DNA of 64,000 nucleotides. It comes from Tubiluchus corallicola. Taxonomy: Eukaryota > Animalia > Priapulida. Positions 26,816 through 41,300 of this stretch are shown one piece after another (the first letter of the stretch is position 1; each line of letters begins with the position of its first letter). The notes under the pieces were generated by a model, which saw only the letters and a list, made by a program, of their open reading frames with translations, ran no database searches and was not told where the DNA came from. A program made the translations under genes and the position numbers. The stretch spans positions 1,373,996 through 1,437,995 of the forward strand of contig JAQGDQ010000013.1 of NCBI GenBank assembly GCA_030141605.1. The letters are read 5' to 3'.

Positions 26816-29800
26816 CTATATATATATATATATATATATATAGTATTTATAAAATATTAATGCTAATGCAATTTAAATCATTAAAAATATATAAATGGGG
26901 CCGACATTATCCCAATACACCCTACTATCCATCGGGCAACTGCGTTATGTCATTTCCCGTAGAAGTATCTGGCACAATACATTTAATTACATTACTTTTA
27001 AACTAAAACAAGCAACCTTACAAAAGAAGCATTTTATAACCGTGTGCAACTTCTGTATAAGTACCACATATAGGTGCAAGGTACTACACAACAAACAGTT
27101 GTGCAGCTTATTTGAATATAAGCATTATGCAAATACATGCAATTAATAGTGACTACATAGAAACAAGATTAAGCATTTCTAATAAACCACAAGTAATTGT
27201 TTAATCTGCTCATTACATAAACAACCATGAATTCACAATACAGATGGGCATGAGAGAACTATCGGGCTAGGGCGCCATAAAGAAACAGCTAACAATAGTT
27301 TAGATTAGCATTATTTAGCCATGAAAGTAACAGTACAGCGTAAAAACAGTAAGAAACACTGCCTTGCAGTGATCAACCAATCACCTTCTTAGATTCTTGC
27401 ACTCGCACTTCTGCAGCATAACGTGTCGCATTACGATCAAGGCTGCCAACGATCGCTGCAACAGAAGGTTTTTTCTCCATCGGTGCCGGATGAGTAACAT
27501 CTGCTCCCAATACTATCACCGGTTTTTTGAAAACGCGACACCTGAAAAAAGAAGCAGCATGTTAGTCTGACTAACAAACACAAGTATATAAAACAACCTT
27601 GTTGGCGAAGGAAACCTCGGGCTTGCTCTGTTGGGATAGCAGCTCAGCTGATAAAACAATCGAATACTAATCCTAGGTCTTGAGTTCAAATCTCAACTGG
27701 TTCACAATTTTTCAATGTCTCCCTTCTTGTTGTCAAAATGAACAATCTGGTAATCACAGCCGTGACCTAATTAATAAAACAACCACATTTATTTCACTAT
27801 TACACTTTCAAAACAGGCTTCAAAAACAAATCTTTGTACTGTACACGCAACCCCTTTAAATAATACATAAACGAACTATTTGACTGTTACTGATCATAAT
27901 TAAAAATTTAGCCCTTTTAGCCTAGGCATTACAATGGTTTGTAATAAAAATAGCAGCTTTGTACTATTTTGGCCTATATAGTAAAAAATTATTGACTTTT
28001 ACATAGAGTCATAACATAAACACATTCGTCATCTGTGAAAAAGCTAATGCATGGCATAGGCTTTGTTTGCTCTGTACATTAGTGCTAGCACATTGTCAAA
28101 CACATCATGTGTGCATCACCAACAGGGAAACATACAAGCTACTCTAGTACTATAAGTAAGTGAATACCATAGCTCTCACCATCATCATCAACATCATCGC
28201 ACACCTGTTATACCTGCTGTAGGCATTGGGCAGGTAGAAATGTAAAACAGAAACAATCTACCCTCAACACAACAGAAAACTAGACAATGTGATGCAAAAT
28301 GGCTTATCCGCCATAACATTGGTGTACTGACAGATAATACCCATATTAGATACCTTTTTATTTTTTACTATGAGCATACATTGCAGATGCTCAACCTGCT
28401 AAAAGCATAAGCTAATATCACAAGCGTAAAATTACAGAAGCTAAACTTACTGTATCTCTTGTACTATGATATTATTAGTGCCTCCAAGTTTAGCATTGAT
28501 TTTCAAGCACAAGTTTGAAACAGTAGCAGGTGCACATTTGAACAGATTTTTCTCTTGAATGCATTGAGTGACAAGTCCCAACTGCGTGTCAGCAACTTTT
28601 TTGACCTCGGCTAAAAAACAGCAAGACTTTCAATGAAAATGCTAAAAACACATTAGTCATCGAAGCAGCCTTAACGTCAAATATATAAATTTCTTAAAAA
28701 TGTGTGGTATTTGTCTTTTAATTTCATTGGAAAATACCTTGCCCAAATGCTAATATCATTATTATGTTAAAAGCTAAACAATAAAGTTATTTCTGCGATT
28801 AAAAAAACAATTAAGGTAAGATTGTTAGGTAATCAGAAGCAGACCTTCTCAAAACATGAAATGTGAGAGAAGAAATCATAAAAGGATTAAAAAATATCAT
28901 ACGGCTTCACAATAAGAGCAACTAAAAGCCGAGTTTATTGATATCAGATTAGATTTCTAACAAGAATCAAAATAGGAATTCTCAAAAAATTATTTAATTA
29001 ATCAAATTTATTTTCTACATAATACATTTCTGGGACTATCATGTACAAACCAAACTGTTTTCTACACACAACAAAATAAAAACCAGACCGTCAATGACGG
29101 AGTAGGTCCCCTGAAAAAATTGTATAAAATTATGTAAAAAGGTGGTGACCCTGCGTGGCGTGGGCAACATTTTGCAGTGTTATGCATTATAATGGTTTTT
29201 GTAAATTGCATTTGTTTCAAAATTGATCTAGCGAGACTCATTCTATATTTACAGAAATACACACAGGTGAGCAAATAACAGTAAAATGTCACTCATTTGA
29301 AGTTCTTATCATTATTACTGTGAGACCAAAAGTAACTATCAGACTAAGTAAGTGCATGAGTGAAATGGTAAACAATCATGTAAGTAAAAAACCTAATTAG
29401 TTATTTTATGAAAAGGAAGCCTTCATTCCAATGCCCTCAGCCTTTTTGTTGTGATGTTCTTCCATTGACCTCTGACCTTTTCTTGAACTTTGTCAAGCTC
29501 CCTAGCCGTAAACTTTAATTTGTTATAATTATTACACAATTGTTTGCGACATTCCCTTCAGATACCCTTTGGGTGACCTTGGTCATTCAGTTTGACATGC
29601 ATTTTATGCAAAGATTACCACACACCAAAAATCTAAGATGTAGGACAAAAGGTTTTGGCAAAATATAGAAAATTAATTTATTTGTCAATGACACTCAATG
29701 TGTTAATGACCTGTGTCAAACAGCCTTGGCATTAGCTTTATTTGAATATCTTACACAATATGTTTGAGAGATTCACTGTAGATGACCTTTAGGTGACCTA

Positions 29801-32800
29801 AGATGGGCCAACATTTGTTTGTGTGAAACCCGCCTCACCCCAAGCTTTAATTTGATATATTACTCCATATGATTGAGACATTCTCTGTTGATGACCTTTG
29901 CGTAACTCCGGGGTGGGCCAAAATTTTGGCAGTCACAAATTCTAGCATTACAATATTTTCTATATGTTGCATCTGTTTGCCCGCAAAATTGCCAAAGAAT
30001 ATGTACTTTATATGTTTTGGAAGAAATGGTCATATATACACCGTAGCAACCGCTACACTTTTGAAAGGCCATATAATCTATTGTCCAAAATTGCTATAAA
30101 TGCATTTTGTTTACTGCATACATCGCATAGATTTTCAGCAAAATGTGCAAAATCAAACTTGAACATTCATGATCCTCTGGGTCGCAACCTTTCAATCCTA
30201 GCTCACTCATTTTGACACATGACATACATCTTATGCCAGGATTGCTGCACACCGAAGGTCTATTATCTGAGACAAAAGGTTTTGCCTAATTATAGAACAT
30301 TAAGTCAATTATGGACGATGCTCAATGCTCAACAGATGCATGACGGCAATAGGTACCCTTACTGACTAATGTCAAGGGATCTAAAACTGCAAACATATCA
30401 AAATTGTTAACATATAAAAATGCAGCTTAGCTTCGCATTTCCAAAACAAATGCACTAGCAATCACAGTGGGCGAATTAAAATGAAGTTAAGCAATGCAGA
30501 GCCTGTCATTAACTAGATGAGGTGCTGCTGGAAAAACTCATCTGCCCTTCATGTCCCAATTATTTCTTTGACTGAAGGAAGATGCATAGGAACCTAAAAC
30601 CCTCAAATTAATTATACATAATTATATGTCCATCAAATGCAAAAAAGTTCCAGTGTGTCACACATATATCAGTTATTAAACTATGTCTTTCAAACCTAAA
30701 TTACCAAATTAGATCTTGAATAAATTTAGGTTTGATCAAACGTTCCGGTGTTGCATGCCTTAAGTAAAGCTAATGTTAGCTTACCATATTCCGGGCACTT
30801 TCCCCTCAGTACAACTAGGATGAATTCTACGTTGTGCTGCCTTTGCAGTATTGCAAAGTGTGGTCCTATATCACTGGACGCTGTCAAGTATTTAATGCTG
30901 ATTGGCTTTTTTTTGATGGGCATTCCACTTTCCCCAGCCATACGTTGCAACGTACTGATAAAATTTCTGTGGAGAAAATATGATCAATTTCTGTTTTAAA
31001 AAATGAACAGCAATAATGGGGTAGAAATGTTGAAACCGACTATTATATCAGTTCCAGGCAAATCAACTTCAAATTCACGAACACGGATATTTTGATGTGA
31101 ATCCAGCTACAGAAATCTACTTGGCCCAAGGTATATTTAGTTTAAGAGAAAAACTTAAATATTTTCAACTTTAGTAAGTGTAAACAAAAATTGAGAACAC
31201 ATTTTAGACAATTGTAATAATTGCAAACAAAAAAATCAGGGTAAATTTCAGAGGTTGCTTCACTGAATGAGAAAAGAAGATCAAGTTTAAAGAGGAAGAA
31301 AAGGGAATTTCAAATTGCATCACGCAAAATTTTTTACACAAAGTTGCATTACTCAGCTGTTTGAAAGATCTGTGTAATTGGAAAAGAAAAATCTCAATAA
31401 TTTAAAACGTTGGCACAATCTGGTAAAGCGGCACTGCGTTGCCGTCCCAGTATGCACCACAGATTCACGAAAAAAGTATATTATTGCTCTTATTGACAAT
31501 ATAAAGTAATTTAAACTTTTGCTTAGCTAACGAAGAGTGTGCTACAAATGCTCTCATTATATATATTTTTTCAAAGTTTACGCAATGGTCATCACTGCAG
31601 TTTAAATTTTGTAGAGCTTTATTTAGTATTATTGTTAATATAAGTTCTCTATGGAATTACACAGCATGTAAGTAATACAAAATTTAAAAAACGAATTTTT
31701 TACGCTTTATTTTATGACGAGTGTTTTCTTGTTCTTTAGAAATCGCAAAGAAGGTTCAGTGTATCGAGAACATTGCAAACAAATCAACACATAAAGTACT
31801 AGATGAGCAGCAATGTAAACACTTAACTTTATTTTTGTTTAACATGTAACTAGAACACACTTAATTTGTAACAGATTCAACACTGACAACATTCAAATTT
31901 TTGTGCAACGCTTTCCATTTCAGTAAAAATTTATCAATTAAATAATTCATGCAAAATTAAGAGGACTGCAACAAAAATATAAGTAGGATATTATCAGTTT
32001 ATTACTTACTCGATAGGGCCCCTATCTTTATTTAACCTCGGATTGAAATGCACTATTGACCAGTTGTTGATTTCTTTACCAGTATGAAACTGCTTTCCCC
32101 TCATATCCCACACTCCATCTCTAGGCTGTACATTTTTTTGCTAAAAGTGACATTAGTTACGGTATTACAATTGATTAACAAATAATCAAGATACAACTGA
32201 AAGTCAAAAAATGGTTAACTTTTGTGCAGCGGACGCAAGTACTGCCTGAATATAAGAAACGCTTTGCAAAACGTATTTTTTTATACCGCGCACATACAAA
32301 AACAAGCACAAAATTACAGAATAAAAAGCAAGCACAAAAGAGATTGCTTTCATTTTCATTTCTACTCGGAACGAAATACAGTAGGAACAGCTTAATGGAT
32401 GCACTTTGGGACTGAAGTGTTTTGACTCAACTAACCAACTGAGTCAATTAGCCGAAGGGCTTAGTATATTACTACCATACAAGTATAAGTCATCGCTTAT
32501 CACCTTAGTATGCATTACAAATGCTTTAAATGAATCTTAGAAATGAATTAATGTCAAAAATACCTGTGTGCAATTAGTTAAGAAGCATAATTTATATAAG
32601 TAAATTAATAGAAAAGGAAAAATTCTAAAAATCTGATTATTACCATTAAAAATCACAAACATTAATGCAAGATCGGTTGCTTCATTTCTTCACGAAGAAG
32701 TTGGTTTATGAAATTCTCATAGTGAGGAAAACATTGAAAACCTGTTACTGTATATACTGCACGTATTCACACAAAACACCTAGTCACCTAGTGCTTGAGT

Positions 32801-35800
32801 TGCAGTTGGTGATGACCTTATAAAAAAGCAGTAGGAGATTCAAAAGCAAACGGCTGGTCAAGTGATTAAATGTTTAGCTTCCAGATACAATGAGATTAAT
32901 TACAGCAGATAAGCGGGTGACAGATTCAAAGCAAAACTGTTAGGCTAAGATATTAGCACATATGATAAACGTACTGTACATGCTTACAAACTGTACCTTG
33001 CGGTTCTTAATGTGACTGTTTCTTCATATATTATAATGCACAAAATCGATGTAAAGATGACACAAAAGCAGTAAGAGCTCTTTGGGCACACACAAATATC
33101 TTATTTTAAGTGCGTGAAGTAAAATATTAAGTCGATTAAGCAGAATTATTTGAGTCAATTATCGACAGTTTTTATAAACATTTGAATAGAAGCGGCCAGT
33201 TCCAGGTGGTTTTGAGTCAATTAAGCGACTGAGTCTATTAACCGTAAGTCTAATAAATGGCGCCTATTGTATATAGGTGGAACGTTACTTGAACTTTGTT
33301 TTTAAATTGGCCTAAACATATTGTACTGCAGGTTTCTAAACACTAGAACAAAAATTTATACTACCACAAATAAACAAATTCTATAATGATTAACAAACAT
33401 CATCATCGTCTTCAAATGAAAGATTTTTCCCGATCCAAATTCCCTAAATCGCAGATATGAAGCCAGATAAAAATCTACCTCTTTGTAGCCCAACCGAGGA
33501 GCTGGTAGAACTCTCCCTTCTACATCCACCATTCTACAATCAACACTAATGTTGAACTCTTGCAGAAATGGATCCGTATCAAAACCAGCAGCTTCGACCT
33601 AGAACAAGGAACCGTTATTTAAAAACTACAATCTTGCAACAATAAATGACTAATTTGCTACTAAATTCAAAGCATTATTTCATCCCTTAAACAGATGATT
33701 TTCTTAATATACATACCAGTTTATTAATCTCCTTTTCTCTCTCGGGAGCTGGCTTAGCAGTCTTCCGTATCATGTTGGCCGTTTGTTGGTCAGTAAGTTT
33801 CTTTGTGCATTTTTGGCCTTCCAAAATTCTGCAGACCTGCAATAAACATTTCATGTACTACAAAACTGGCAGACAAGTTATCATCATCTTCATCATCGCC
33901 AAGTTATCATCAGCATCATTATTACTAAATTAAGTTACTAAGAGTTTATAAAGTGCAATATACACGTAAAAACATCATATGAAGATTACGTATGTGCATA
34001 AAATAAATTTAAAATTACAAACAAAAGGTAAATAAAATATAAAACATCATGTACTAACTAAATCTGGTAAATAAAAAGTGTTTCATATGATGTACATAAA
34101 GCAAAATAATTAAAAATTATGAAATAGTATTAAAATCTACAACAAAGATACAGTTTTAGTAAAAATTTAACGTTATTTGGAAGTTAAATATGAGCCTAGT
34201 AGGGGATTCTAGAGGTCTGAGACAGCTGATTTAAAAGTCCGATCAAAAAAATGTAGCATTGGTCATAACACTTGGGGTTTCTTGTAGACAGAGTAGCGAG
34301 TAGTGAGAGTGTTGCATTAGAAGCCAAAGATTTGTGTGTAAGACAGGGCCAAGCCTTTCAAAGACATAAAGCATAGAAGGTGGGTGTTAATATGAACTTG
34401 AGTGGAACCGACATAAAGCATAGACGGTGGGTGTTGGAAAAAATCATACAAAAACAGCTCAAATGAAACATAAATCTTGTACTTGGTAAAATGTCAATTC
34501 CTGCTAAATATAAGACAGTATTAGTTCCAACTTTAAGCCAAAACTGATACAGACCCCAAAATGCAAAGGTAAACCTCTCAGAAAATTGTCTCTCACTTAT
34601 TAGGGTACTTTGCAGTAATTGTACCCGAAATAAACACTCTATCCATATCTAACATTATGAAATTTCTGAATTATGTGCTGTATGTAGTAGAAAATGCAAT
34701 GTAGCTCTGCTTACGTAAATATTTTTGTCGACAAAAGAATTTAAAGAGGGAAAAAATTGAACAAAACTTAATAAAATGCAGTAAAAATTTAACGTAACTA
34801 CTTCTACAAATATATACAATATGCTAATCATGAACCAGCACTTGTCGTAACTAACAAGCTAAATTGAAAGTTTACTGGATCACAGAAAACACCGTCAAAA
34901 CTTAACAAATACTTAATATGATTTATTCTAGCTTGTTAATCATCGCTCTCAGCATTCTAGATATTAAAAGAATTGAGTGAAAATTTCTAGTCTTTGTTAA
35001 TTCACCAGTTAGCCACAATAGCTTTCTAACAAGTGTTAATGAACACTATATATATAGGAGCATAATTTGAATATCATCGGCAAGCTAATGTTATTTGGTA
35101 TGAGCGCGACCAACAACAGGTATTAACTCTTTACCTCCAACACACCGTAGTAAATATAGTAGCACAAATATAAGTGATAACAATGACTAATATTTTATTA
35201 TCTACACTATAAACACCTCACAATCAATTTATGCAACTACGGTTACTACAAATATATATTGTAAAACATTATAATCAGCTAGTTTATTACATGACGGTCT
35301 ACGGATGAGAAGAGTCGCCGACAAATACCACTAAAATGAACGAAAATTACAACAACAACAACAAAAAACTAAAGACGGAAATGCAGATTAGCAAAGAGAG
35401 ATCAGCCACCACTGGTGATAAGCTACAACATGAGAATCCCAATCATAGATACAAAGATGTTAAATAATAAATCGGGGCTGAGGGCCTTGGTGTCTATTAC
35501 ACATGGAAAAAACAAATCACAGTAGGTACCTCTACAGGCAAATAAACATTTCGGTTCGGGTTGCCAACGTGCAAACACGGCATGTGTGGGTATTTTAAGT
35601 GCATGTTATACTGCCTCCGAAAATATTTAGCAACTGTGCACTGCTCTGTACCTCCACCTTCAATGTCTAGAGGAAACCTAAAGATTTGATAGTAAACGTT
35701 CAGTAAGATTCATGTTATTTTAACACATAAATTTTGCGGCTTTGGCAAAATATCTAAGCTCAGGTGCAAAAGTGCATAAACCAAAATAGGTAGTGCAAAC

Positions 35801-38261
35801 TACAAAACAGCTCCCTCTAGAGAAGCGTTATAGAAGTAGTATAATGTTCCTGAGAGCATTAAAGGCAGTGTAAATTGTTTTTGTATTACATTTTCATTAC
35901 CACATGGCAGCACCATGCATAGTTCAGCTTAAAGAACTTAATATACGCACAACAGTCCGACGTATTTACAACTTGTAAGCAAGCATATTTAAAGGCACTG
36001 TGACACATACCAAACAATTTTTAATGCATTGATTATACATTTCAATTTTTCACACAAGGAAGATGAAGTTTTAATGGAAGTATATGACGGTTACTTTGTA
36101 TTTAAAATTATAACACAATAAAAAGTTTTACAGTAAGCTCAAAAATCTCAAAATAAAACAAAGCGATTATAAAACAAAATAAAAATATTAGACTTTTATA
36201 GCAATAAGTGAACTGAAGAGTTAAAGAAAGTCTTGAGAAGATGTCAATTTTGAAAAATGTACTCAGAGGAGTGGTTGCACCCCTAGCTCCCCTATTAGCT
36301 ATGCCTATAAACTTCAGTTTGTTATCATTTGCAACATGATAATTTAAATTACATTAAATGCCTTAGATGGCACACAAATCTGTATTCTGAGCCGCAAAAC
36401 TACAAGCCCCACAAAAAACAAAGAATACATACGTTTGAGTATGTGCTGGATGGCGAGTCACTCCATTGACCTTGTACTTTCTCTTTATCATGCCCATGTG
36501 CGTCGCTTGGATTTTCAAGTTTTTGATCTCTTTACCAAACTTGACTCTCATGCTGTCTGCCAATGGACGGTTTTGTCCACTCAGATCATCAATGCTCAGA
36601 ACTTCACACATAAAATCCAAACAGTCCATGGATTTGTAAAATGCTGTGGCACTTGCTGGAAAACAAACGTTTTTGCAACAGTCAATAATAGAAATTATTC
36701 GCCTAAAACTCAACTTTGCATTACTTAATTTCTTCTTACCCAGTTCGGCACACACCAAAATATAACCCGGTTCAAAATGGTACAACCTATACATGGATGG
36801 TTGTGGAGAGACCAGAACCTAATTAATTATTACGGCTAATCTTCAAAAATAAAGCAGTGAATCGATGACTGCCAATGAAAACAGTCTCCTTTAATAAATT
36901 AAGCAGGCAGAGTCAGAAACAACTGCCCAGAACAAATATTCAACCAGCTTGTTGCCCATAACTTCAGAAGCTAAGGGTAAATCGTGACTAGCTCACCATT
37001 CACCTCACTCCAAAAAAGTTTCAATGACAACTTACTGTCAACATTAAGCATCGGTCTCCATTGTGCAGGTCTAACTGACTGATAATAGCCAAACCAGACT
37101 TCCCGGCCAGCACCGAGATCATTTCTTGAATTAACTTCTGGAGGCTTAAAAAAGCATCGTCCTACGGAGATGGAACTGAAATGGAAGAAAAATGTGCAGT
37201 GTGCTTATACACGAAAAACATCAATACCCGAGTATCCAAAAAATAACATAACTACTTGTATTTAAAATGCAACAAAAACACTAAACATTGTACAACTAAT
37301 TGGATGTATCGCGCAAATCACTCGAAAAGTAAAAAAAAAGCACTACAGCAACACTTACTTCATCAATGGTAGGTGACGGAATACAATGTCTAATGCCTGT
37401 AGGGTAACATATGGCATAATGCAGGGTTCTCCATTTAACGCCCTAGCAAGTTCCTGCAAATTAATCTGAGACACTAGCTTTACAGTAACTTTGAAGGTAC
37501 GTTGACGATCCCTTTCTCCGTCTGTCTGTAGAGTGATTTGCACCTCTGCCTTTGAAAAGTAAGAAGTCAATGAATTTAAGAAAAACAAAAAAAGTAGAAA
37601 AGATTAGATGGAGGACATCTTCACAATGTGGAAGTGTGTTTTTAAAATTCAATTAACACTTGGTGATGGAAAAAATTAATTCTTAAAATAAAAATGATAG
37701 CCAGCATCCAATTAAGCAAACACATGGCTTTTATTCAGACACAACATTTGCAATGCTTTGACACAGTTAAGGTCACGTTCACACAATAATCCAACAAAAT
37801 AAAAATAGAGTAAAAGATACAAAAAAATCAACATTACGACAAGCAAACAAGACATACCAAATTGTAAACTTACATATTGTGGGATACAATACCAGAAAAA
37901 TGACAGAAAAAATAAACTTATATTACTTAAATACAATTTAATCTGTGACTATTGTCTGTGGATGGCAATGGAAGAAACCTTTGCACAAAAAACGATGAAC
38001 AACACTATAGACGAGCAGCTACAAAGATCAGTTCAAAATAATTCTAAAGGCAGAGAAGAAAGTTGGTCATTAAGCTATGGCTGGAAGTTTTTTTTATCAA
38101 AAGAGTTTCAAAAATGTGCAAACGAAACTGGGTGATGGCAATTATTTCTATTTTCATTTAACAACAAATAAATAAGCAATAAAAACAACAGAAAATCAAT
38201 AAGTGCAAGAAGCGGATGAACAGAAAAGAGAGAAAGGGGGGAAGAAACAGAGAGAGGGGGA

Positions 38262-38352
<91 letters not shown>

Positions 38353-41300
38353 ATTAGCACTACCTGAATTAGATAATCCTAAAATCAAACATGCTTAGCC
38401 AAAAGCTTATCAACTATTGGTTAATATCTTCACAGAGATTCTAGTGAGTGGAGCTCTAAAAGTGTTATGATAAAGATAAGCTGAAAATCCAAATCACTCA
38501 AAAGCACATATGTAAAAATGCACAAGCACATGCATTTGAAAACGATAAAAAACAGCATACTTTTCCATTGCGTATAGGCAAAGTGTCTGCTGTAAACATG
38601 TTTTTTGCACCGTCAAATACCGGCTTCACCTTCTCAAACAGATGAGACTGTGTCTCTACCAACTTTGTAAAAACTTCTCTAGATAACACAAGAAACATCT
38701 AAGCAGTTCATATTCCACAATTTTACCAGTTAGCTTAAGTCTGACCTAAAGCAGTTCGTTGCTTTTTCAACTGTATTAAAGAAAGCTACATATTTTCTGG
38801 AAATGACAATAAAAATAAAAAATGCCCAGTAATTTTGCTTCACGTAGTTTTGAGAAAACAATTGTTTAATGAATCACCTGAAAATTTGGAATTAATACAC
38901 CTTAAAAATGCTTTATTATTTTGTAAAAGAAACAAATAAATATTTAAAGTACATGTAGTTTCTAAATTAATGGATTTAATAGGTATTAGATTGCATTGAA
39001 GGGAATGCTCGTGCATATGACATGTTTTCAGAAAGTGGGACGTACTAGGTACTTGCGTGCACTCAAGCGAGACAGAATTATCGGTCAAATTACTACTTAA
39101 GCTTTCAGACACACAGGAACAGTCCAAACTGCTGTGGCTATAGGTTGGCATTTATTATTGTAGCACCAGCAAAGGGGTGGGCAGTCTACCCAACTGTTCA
39201 CCCGCACAGCGACTCCTGATTGCAAAATTGCAGAAGTGCCGGGTGACGAGCCTGAAATGAATGCTCCTGTGGACATACTAAGTTTGTCTAAATATTTCAG
39301 CTAAAATGGGTTTACTGGGTTTTTTCTTCAGTTGCCAAAATGTCGCTAAATAAGCTTGTGAGCATCACATGGATTAGTTTTAACATTCTCTAACAATTAA
39401 CAAACACTGTTCTACCAGAGGTAAAACCAAGAAATATAAGTTGACATAAAAAATGAATAAAGTAGAATGGGGATAAATATAACTTTCCTGCTGTTCTACA
39501 ATTTCAGTTTAATAAAGTAATTAATGTATAACGAAGTGCAGCTTAGTGTACTTCACTAAAGCAAAAGTAACATTTATCTGGTAGAACGAAGCATATAGCA
39601 AATTAAGCATACCTGCAGATTTTTTTAGGTACATCTGGCAATACACTGATGTCATAATGGAACCAAAATCCATTTTTTGGAAATTCAATTGGAAAATGGT
39701 TAGCTCTGAGCCTAATTTTTTTCCCCTCCGTACCACCCTCATCTGGTCGACGTGGCGGCTTATATTCCATTACGCTCAAGTGATGTAACTGCCCTATCGT
39801 GTCCCCCATGCCACCGCTGATTGGCCTCATAGGTATCGGTCCTGCTGGCATTTCCGCTGGTTTCGCTGGAAATGTGATACAAAATGTTAAAAAACAAACA
39901 GCTGAAAATCATTAAAGGAAAATGATATCAATTTTTTTATAAACATGTTGATTTGCCATCACCTTTGGTATACAGCTGATTAACATACCTTAGGAATTGG
40001 TAAATACTCCCAATTTATAATGAGACATCTATGTTTTTACAGTGACAGTGCATTAAGTGCAATCTAATGGTGCAAAATGTTAAAGTAATGTTTACTGAAT
40101 CGGCTTTAAGCTTCAAAAAATTCTTGAGTTATATCAAAAAAGTTTTATTTTGGTCAAGATTGAACAGTAAGTTAGCGTGTAATAAGGTACGAATTTTAGT
40201 TTTGATATTTAATTCATTAATATTAACTGGGAGAAAATTTTAATTATACCCATTGATATCAAATCTTAGATAATAACTCAGAATAACCTATGGCTGAGAA
40301 TATGGAAAGGTCAAATAAATACTTTTAAGAGTGATTTACATTCCATAATTACAACCAAAACGGCCTAGTTTCTAGATACCAGCTTTCTGGAAATATGTCA
40401 AGCAAAAACAGGCACTATATATGCTGGATCAGCAGAACACAACCCAGCTGTGATGTCATGGCAGCCCTAGCTGTGAAACTAAGCAATAGCCCAGCGACAA
40501 ACTCAAAATTAAAACTGCAAGCTTAAAAATTAAAGGATTTTTGCTTTTTGGGATCAATGCCACAGGTTCTTTGCTTACGCACTACGTCTTCATTATTTCA
40601 CTAGATCATTACCAGCTGTGGTCATAGGACGTTAAATTTTGAAAACCTTACCAAACCAGACCAAATAGATAAAAAGGAGGTATGAAAAATCGTTCTGCCA
40701 TCCTTCAACCCACACAATCCTCAATCAAAAATGTATTAATCTTAAATGTAATGCCAAGTTCTGGTTTCAAAAGTAATCTAAACAAGAAAAACATGCGTAC
40801 TGCCTAATCGCTCGCAGTGCGCTACAATGCTATAAGCGGCAAATTACATTCTGAAGTGTTACAAAATCAAAATGTTGTAGGAGTGATTAACATTCCCAAA
40901 ATAAATTAGGATTTTTCAACATGTCACAGCAATAGGTGTCTTTCTGAGCTTAACTACTTCTTGTGAATAAAGTCTGTTGTTACACAAAAAATGTAACTTT
41001 AAAAAACTTCTGCAGTGTTGATGAAACTAGTGCGAGCAAATACTTATAAAAAAATTGTATGGCTTCTGTAAAAGTAACTGAGAAAAGTAAATGAAAGAAA
41101 AAGATGAATTCCCTGCTTGCGAACTGACTTGCAAAGTCTAAGAGACCTAACCATAACACGGTTTTTGACGGTCTCTCCTCAACAGTTTTTGAAATTCAGT
41201 CAATTTGCAGCTTCAAAAATTTCACAATTAAGTGAATTCCAAGAGCCTACAACACCTGAAGAGAAATGAGCACTGATATTAGTGCGAGAGTATTGTAAAA

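Noticed and set aside
27637-27705. Functional tRNA genes (also 1160-1231, 5560-5610)
   Set aside because: Stems do not pair into a cloverleaf; they are SINE heads or fragments.
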